DNA of 40,094 nucleotides from an uncultured Verrucomicrobiota bacterium (GTDB lineage Bacteria; Verrucomicrobiota; Verrucomicrobiia; Limisphaerales; CAZFVY01): NCBI GenBank assembly GCA_964522665.1, contig CAZFVY010000061.1, positions 1 to 40,094 of the forward strand, read 5' to 3'. Shown piece by piece: positions 35,461 to 40,094 of this stretch (position 1 is its first letter; each line of letters starts with the position of its first letter). The notes under the pieces were generated by a model. It saw only the letters and a program-made list of their open reading frames with translations, ran no database searches and was not told where the DNA came from. The position numbers and the translations under genes were made by a program.

Positions 35461-37260
35461 ATGGGTATGAATGAGATGATACTATCGGGAATTCGGGCCA
35501 CGCCGTGGTGGGTTTATCTGATCGTGGCGTTGATCGTCGGTTATTGGGCGCTGGGCATCACGTTCATTCACGAGCGGCAGGTGGGAATCGTCATCAAACG
35601 GTTCGGACCGCGCTCACTCGCGCCCGGGCGGTTCATGGCGCTGCAGGGAGAGGCCGGGTACCAGGCGGAGACACTGCCGCCGGGCGTCCATTTTGGCTAT
35701 TGGCGCTGGCAATACCGCGTCCTCAAGGCGCCGATGACGAACGTGTCGCCGGGTGAAATCGCCCTCCTAGTCGCCGCCGATGGCGCGGCGATACCGTCCG
35801 ACCGCATCCTCGGGAAGGTCGTCGAGTGCGACAACTTTCAGGACGCGCGGAAGTTTCTGCTCAACGGCGGCGAGAAGGGCCGGCAACTGGGCATCCTCAC
35901 GGCGGGCACGTACCGGGTCAATACGGCGCTTTTCACGGTCATCACCAGCGCCAACGCCGCCAAGCACGGCATGGCGCCGGAACAACTGCAATTGCAACGC
36001 GTCGAGCCGGATCGCGTCGGCATCACGACCACGCTGGATGGCCGGCCAATCGACGCCGGGGAGATCGCGGGGCCGTATGTTCCCAATCATGACAACTTCC
36101 AGAACGCGCAGGCGTTCTTGAACGGCGGTGGCCGGCGCGGCTTGCAGGAACAAATACTCCTGTCGGGCGTGTGGAACCTTAACCCTTGGTTCGCGCAGGT
36201 CGAGCAGGTGCCGATGGTGCAAATCCCGATCGGTTACGTGGGCGTCGTGATCTCGTTCGTCGGCATGGCGCACGAGGATGTGAGCGGAATCGAGTTCAAG
36301 CACGGCGACCTGGTCAACACGGGGCACAAGGGGGTTTGGGTCACGCCGCTTTATCCCGGCAAGCACCCGGTCAACACCCGCATCATGAAGGTCGAATTGG
36401 TGCCCACCACCAATATCGTGCTCAATTGGGCCAACCGCACCGAGGCGCATCATTACGATGATAAACTCTCGTCGATCACGGTGCGGTCGCAGGACGGATT
36501 CGGCTTCAACCTCGACGTGGCGCAGATCATCCACGTGGGCGCGCTCGACGCGCCGAAGGTGATTTCGCGCGTCGGCTCGATGCAGAATCTGGTCGATCAC
36601 GTGCTGCAGCCGATCGTCGGCAATTATTTCCGCAACTCGGCGCAGCACTTCACGGTGCTCGATTTCCTGAGCGCGCGGAGCGACCGGCAACGCGACGCGG
36701 CCGGGCACATTCGCGCCGCCTTGGGAGCGTATGACGTGCAGGCGATTGACACGCTGATCGGGGACATCAACCCGCCGGCGGAGCTGATGGAAACGCAGAC
36801 CGAGCGCAAGATCGCCGAAGAGCAGCGCAAGACGTACGAAGTGCAGCAGGCGGCGCAGGAGCAACGCCAGTTGTTGGTCCGGCAGACGGCGCTCGCGGAC
36901 ATTCAACAACAGGTCGTGGGCGCCGAGCAGGGCGTCAGCATCGCGGAGTTGCACGCCAACGCGCATGTCAAGCAGGCGACTGGCGAAGCGGAGGCGGTCC
37001 GCCTGCGCGCGAACGGCGAAGCGTCGGCGATTCGCGCCACGGGGCAAGCGAAGGCGGAAGCGTACCGCGCCGGCGTCGAAGCGCTCGGGACGCAAAGCTA
37101 CACCGTCATGCAGTTGATGCAAACGGTCGGCGAACGCAACGTCCGGATCGTGCCGGACGTCGCGGTCAGCGGAGCGAACGGCAGCGCCGGATTGGTGGAT
37201 GGGTTGCTCGGCGTCATGTTGCGGAGTCAGGTCACGGGTAAATCGGCGCCGGCGGCGTAG
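35461..37260 (+). CDS. Flotillin-like SPFH/band-7 protein (YqiK/FloA-FloT-like) with a C-terminal Ala/Glu/Gln-rich coiled-coil region
   Basis: N-terminal TM (WWVYLIVALIVGYWALGITFI), SPFH core, then long EA/EQ-rich heptad-like repeats (AEEQRKTYEVQQAAQEQRQLL..GEAEAVRLRANGEASAIRATGQAKAEAYRAGVEALG) typical of the flotillin C-terminus. The ATG at 35461 is preferred over the listed 35389. Confidence 0.8.
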   Translation: MGMNEMILSGIRATPWWVYLIVALIVGYWALGITFIHERQVGIVIKRFGPRSLAPGRFMALQGEAGYQAETLPPGVHFGYWRWQYRVLKAPMTNVSPGEIALLVAADGAAIPSDRILGKVVECDNFQDARKFLLNGGEKGRQLGILTAGTYRVNTALFTVITSANAAKHGMAPEQLQLQRVEPDRVGITTTLDGRPIDAGEIAGPYVPNHDNFQNAQAFLNGGGRRGLQEQILLSGVWNLNPWFAQVEQVPMVQIPIGYVGVVISFVGMAHEDVSGIEFKHGDLVNTGHKGVWVTPLYPGKHPVNTRIMKVELVPTTNIVLNWANRTEAHHYDDKLSSITVRSQDGFGFNLDVAQIIHVGALDAPKVISRVGSMQNLVDHVLQPIVGNYFRNSAQHFTVLDFLSARSDRQRDAAGHIRAALGAYDVQAIDTLIGDINPPAELMETQTERKIAEEQRKTYEVQQAAQEQRQLLVRQTALADIQQQVVGAEQGVSIAELHANAHVKQATGEAEAVRLRANGEASAIRATGQAKAEAYRAGVEALGTQSYTVMQLMQTVGERNVRIVPDVAVSGANGSAGLVDGLLGVMLRSQVTGKSAPAA

Positions 37261-37309
37261 GCGGGCGGTCGGTCCCGGCTGAAGTGTGCGACAGTCCGGC
37301 GCTTCAGGA

Positions 37310-37343
37310 GGGGGCGGACGTTTCGGCGTCCGCCCCTTTTTTT
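37310..37343 (+). terminator. Rho-independent terminator
   Basis: GGGGGCGGACG-TTTCG-GCGTCCGCCCC followed by TTTTTTT, 50 nt after the flotillin stop. Confidence 0.7.
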
Positions 37344-37584
37344 GTCGGTCGCGTTGGTGGGTTCCAACGGATAAAGGCCGGGCATGGGAACGGGCGCGAG
37401 TCGCGGGGTGGACTCGGAGGGAATCTGGAGCGTGACACCGCCATCGACGAGCGCTCGCGGATTGGTTGGTAGGGCGCGTCGGTTCGAAAGCGGTGTCGGC
37501 GCTGCGCTCTGCCCCCGGCGTCCAAGAAATCGGTGGGCGTAAAAGCATTGCGCGGGGCGTTTTCGGTTGCGATAACACCTGGCT

Positions 37585-39495
37585 ATGAAACCCATGAGAA
37601 TTTGTGCGGCGTTAGCGCTGGCAATGGCTGTCGTTAGCCTTGGCGGTCACGCCCAGACGAACGGGGCGGCGGCTTCGTTGACCGAGGCCAACGAGGCCTA
37701 TATCCGCGAGAATTACACGAAGTTTGAATACCTCGTGCCGATGCGTGATGGCATCCGGCTTTTCACGACGGTGTTTTCGCCGAAGGATGACGCGCGGCCT
37801 TATCCGATCCTCCTAACGCGCACACCGTACGGCGTCAGGCCATATAGCGAGGATCGTTACCCCGATCCGCCCGGGCCGATGCGCTACTATGCGAAGGAAC
37901 GGTTCATATTTGCGCTGCAGGACGTGCGCGGACGCAACGGATCGGAGGGCGAGTTTGTGCATATGCGTCCGCATAATCCGGCGAAGTCCGGGCCCAAGGA
38001 CATCGACGAAAGCGCCGACGCCTACGACACCATCGATTGGCTGGTGAAGAACGTGGCGAACAACAACGGGAAGGTCGGGATGATGGGCATCTCGTATCCG
38101 GGCTTCTACACCTCGGCCGGGATGATCGATTCGCACCCCGCCCTCAAATGCGCCTCGCCGCAGGCGCCGATCGCCGATTGGTTCGTCGGCGATGATTTTC
38201 ATCATAACGGGACGTTTTATCTGCCGCACGCGTTTCGCTTCTTTTCGGGCTTCGGACAAAAGCTGGATGAGCCGACCCGGGAATCGACGAAGGCGTTCGA
38301 CTACAAGACCCCGGATGGTTACGAGTTTTACTTGAACCTAGGCTCGCTGGCGAACGCCGACGCGCGCTATTTCCACGGCAAGATCGAGTTTTGGGGTGAG
38401 CTGATGGAGCACGGCACGTATGACCCGTTCTGGCAGGCGCGCAATCTCCGGCCGCACTTGAAAAACATCAAGGCGGCGGTGATGACGGTCGGCGGTTGGT
38501 TCGACGCCGAGGATTTGTTCGGCGCGCTGAATACTTTCAAAGAGGTTGAGCGAAACAACGCGGGCATCACGAATATGCTCGTCATGGGACCCTGGTTTCA
38601 CGGCGGTTGGGGCCGCGGTGACGGTGACAAGATCGGGAACGTCAGTTTTCACGCCAAGACGTCGGTCTTCTATCGGGAAAACGTGGAACTGCCGTTCTTG
38701 AAGCATTTCCTGAAGGACGACGCGAAATTCGATTTGCCGAAGGCGTTGGTCTTTGAGACCGGGACCGATCAATGGCGGCGTTACGACGCGTGGCCGCCGA
38801 AGAACGCCACGCCGAAGGCGCTCTACTTTCACGCGGGCGGCAAGCTCTCGTTCGACGCGCCGGGGAACGAGGCGAGCGAGTTCGACGAGTATGTGAGCGA
38901 CCCGAACCGGCCCGTGCCGTACATCCCGAATATCGCGATCGGGATGACGCGGGAACACATGCTGGATGATCAGCGGTTTGCGTCGTCGCGCCCCGACGTG
39001 CTGGTGTATCAGACGGACGTTCTATCCGAGGACGTGACGATTGCGGGGCCGATCAACGCGGCCTTGAACGTTTCGACCACGGGCACGGACTCGGATTGGG
39101 TGGTGAAGTTGATCGACGTTTACTCGGGCGACTATCCGAATCCCGAGCCGAACCCGGCGGGCGTGGAAATGGGCGGTTACGAACAATTGGTCCGCGGCGA
39201 GGCGATGCGCGGAAAGTTCCGCAATAGCTACGAAAAACCCGAACCATTTGAACCTGGCCAGCTGACGAAGGTCGCTTACGTGATGCCGGACGTGTGCCAT
39301 ACGTTTCGCCGGGGTCACCGGATCATGGTTCAGGTCCAAAGCTCCTGGTTTCCGCTGGTCGATCGCAATCCGCAGAAGTTTTGCGACATTTACCACGCGG
39401 GCCTGGCGGATTTCCGGAAGGCGACCCAACGGGTGTTTCATACGGCCCAGGCAAGTTCCCTGGTGCAAGTAATGGTCTTGAATCCGGGAAGGTAG
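37585..39495 (+). CDS. Secreted S15-family X-Pro dipeptidyl peptidase / CocE-NonD-type hydrolase
   Basis: Signal peptide MKPMRICAALALAMAVVSLGGHAQ. Nucleophile motif GISYPG (GxSYxG). The size and a C-terminal beta-sandwich-like region are consistent with the family. Confidence 0.85.
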   Translation: MKPMRICAALALAMAVVSLGGHAQTNGAAASLTEANEAYIRENYTKFEYLVPMRDGIRLFTTVFSPKDDARPYPILLTRTPYGVRPYSEDRYPDPPGPMRYYAKERFIFALQDVRGRNGSEGEFVHMRPHNPAKSGPKDIDESADAYDTIDWLVKNVANNNGKVGMMGISYPGFYTSAGMIDSHPALKCASPQAPIADWFVGDDFHHNGTFYLPHAFRFFSGFGQKLDEPTRESTKAFDYKTPDGYEFYLNLGSLANADARYFHGKIEFWGELMEHGTYDPFWQARNLRPHLKNIKAAVMTVGGWFDAEDLFGALNTFKEVERNNAGITNMLVMGPWFHGGWGRGDGDKIGNVSFHAKTSVFYRENVELPFLKHFLKDDAKFDLPKALVFETGTDQWRRYDAWPPKNATPKALYFHAGGKLSFDAPGNEASEFDEYVSDPNRPVPYIPNIAIGMTREHMLDDQRFASSRPDVLVYQTDVLSEDVTIAGPINAALNVSTTGTDSDWVVKLIDVYSGDYPNPEPNPAGVEMGGYEQLVRGEAMRGKFRNSYEKPEPFEPGQLTKVAYVMPDVCHTFRRGHRIMVQVQSSWFPLVDRNPQKFCDIYHAGLADFRKATQRVFHTAQASSLVQVMVLNPGR

Positions 39496-40094
39496 GGGCG
39501 AACGGCTGGTTTGATCGGCGCGCGCGCGCCGTCGCTACCAACAGCGCGACCATTCGGGTGTGAGACAGAATTCTTCCGCGGGACTCCGAGAGTTGAAGAT
39601 TATGTTCTCGGCGACTCGCTCGGAGGGACGACCGAGAGTAGCTCGGCGTTTCAACGCCGAGTTCCGGTCAAAGTGATCAAAAGTCCCGGAGGGATGGCTG
39701 AGGGTTAAGCCCAGATATAGCGCTCGTCAAATTCGACCTCGTGTTTGATTAGCAGCGTTACCAACTCACTCTTAAAATCATGTTTCTGATGATCAGCCTC
39801 TGGATGTACGAAACATTCAACCGTCCTGTTAGGACTTAGGCAAACACGATTTTTCCAGGCGCTGAAGCGCCTGGCTATTCTCATTCCGTCCCTTCGAGAC
39901 GGAAGACGAAGCGTCGCCGAGGTTTGGCCACTTTCGGATTGATGCCGGCCTGGCGCCTCGGAAATCGGCCTCAGCTCGCGGTTGCGTAAAACGCGGCATC
40001 TGTCTAGCGCCGGAATTGGTCCAACGATTCACTGGCGCTTCGTTTTTGTCCCCGCTTTTGTCCCGGAGGGACAATTGAGAATAGGCCGACGTTT

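Noticed and set aside
35767-37578. 603-aa antisense ORF opposite the flotillin-like gene
   Set aside because: Arg/Pro/Ala-rich. The sense strand encodes a clear SPFH domain plus coiled coil.
1-40094. Search for tRNA/rRNA genes, CRISPR arrays, IS elements, integrases and transposases
   Set aside because: No cloverleaf-compatible segments, no regularly spaced direct repeats, and no transposase or integrase-like ORFs or terminal inverted repeats were seen. Coding density and GC content are uniform except for the last ~400 bp.

Overview
This is a high-GC (~62%) bacterial chromosomal window with about 30 tightly packed protein-coding genes. I found no rRNA, tRNA, CRISPR array or recognisable IS/transposase. 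The gene content points to Verrucomicrobia/Planctomycetes-type biology: prepilin-type N-terminal proteins with an H-X9-DG motif, periplasmic Tat-signal Gfo/Idh/MocA oxidoreductases, and a giant Calx-beta/Ig-like surface protein.

Recognisable genes include:
- a conserved surA-pdxA pair at the start of the window;
- an LPS-heptose pair (gmhA plus a PfkB kinase) with a degenerate partial kinase duplicate;
- a ThuA-like protein and a TolB-like beta-propeller protein;
- a GT2 glycosyltransferase;
- a MetX-like alpha/beta hydrolase, a HIBADH-like dehydrogenase and an S15 X-Pro dipeptidyl peptidase.

The most interesting parts are:
- a long operon of an ABC-2-like permease, three consecutive SPFH (HflK/HflC-like) genes and a heavy-metal P1B ATPase, the first SPFH gene being fused to a polytopic membrane domain;
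- ABC-2 modules adjacent to the SPFH/flotillin genes, the ABC-2 / SPFH pairing occurring twice in the window;
- an unassignable three-gene minus-strand locus: a cNMP-binding protein, a 300-bp leader, a 1144-aa protein and a 264-aa Gly/Ser/Thr-rich partner.

The supplied ORF finder accepts GTG and TTG as starts, so I re-derived several start codons from the sequence. Many listed ORFs are antisense artefacts of the high GC content and were rejected.
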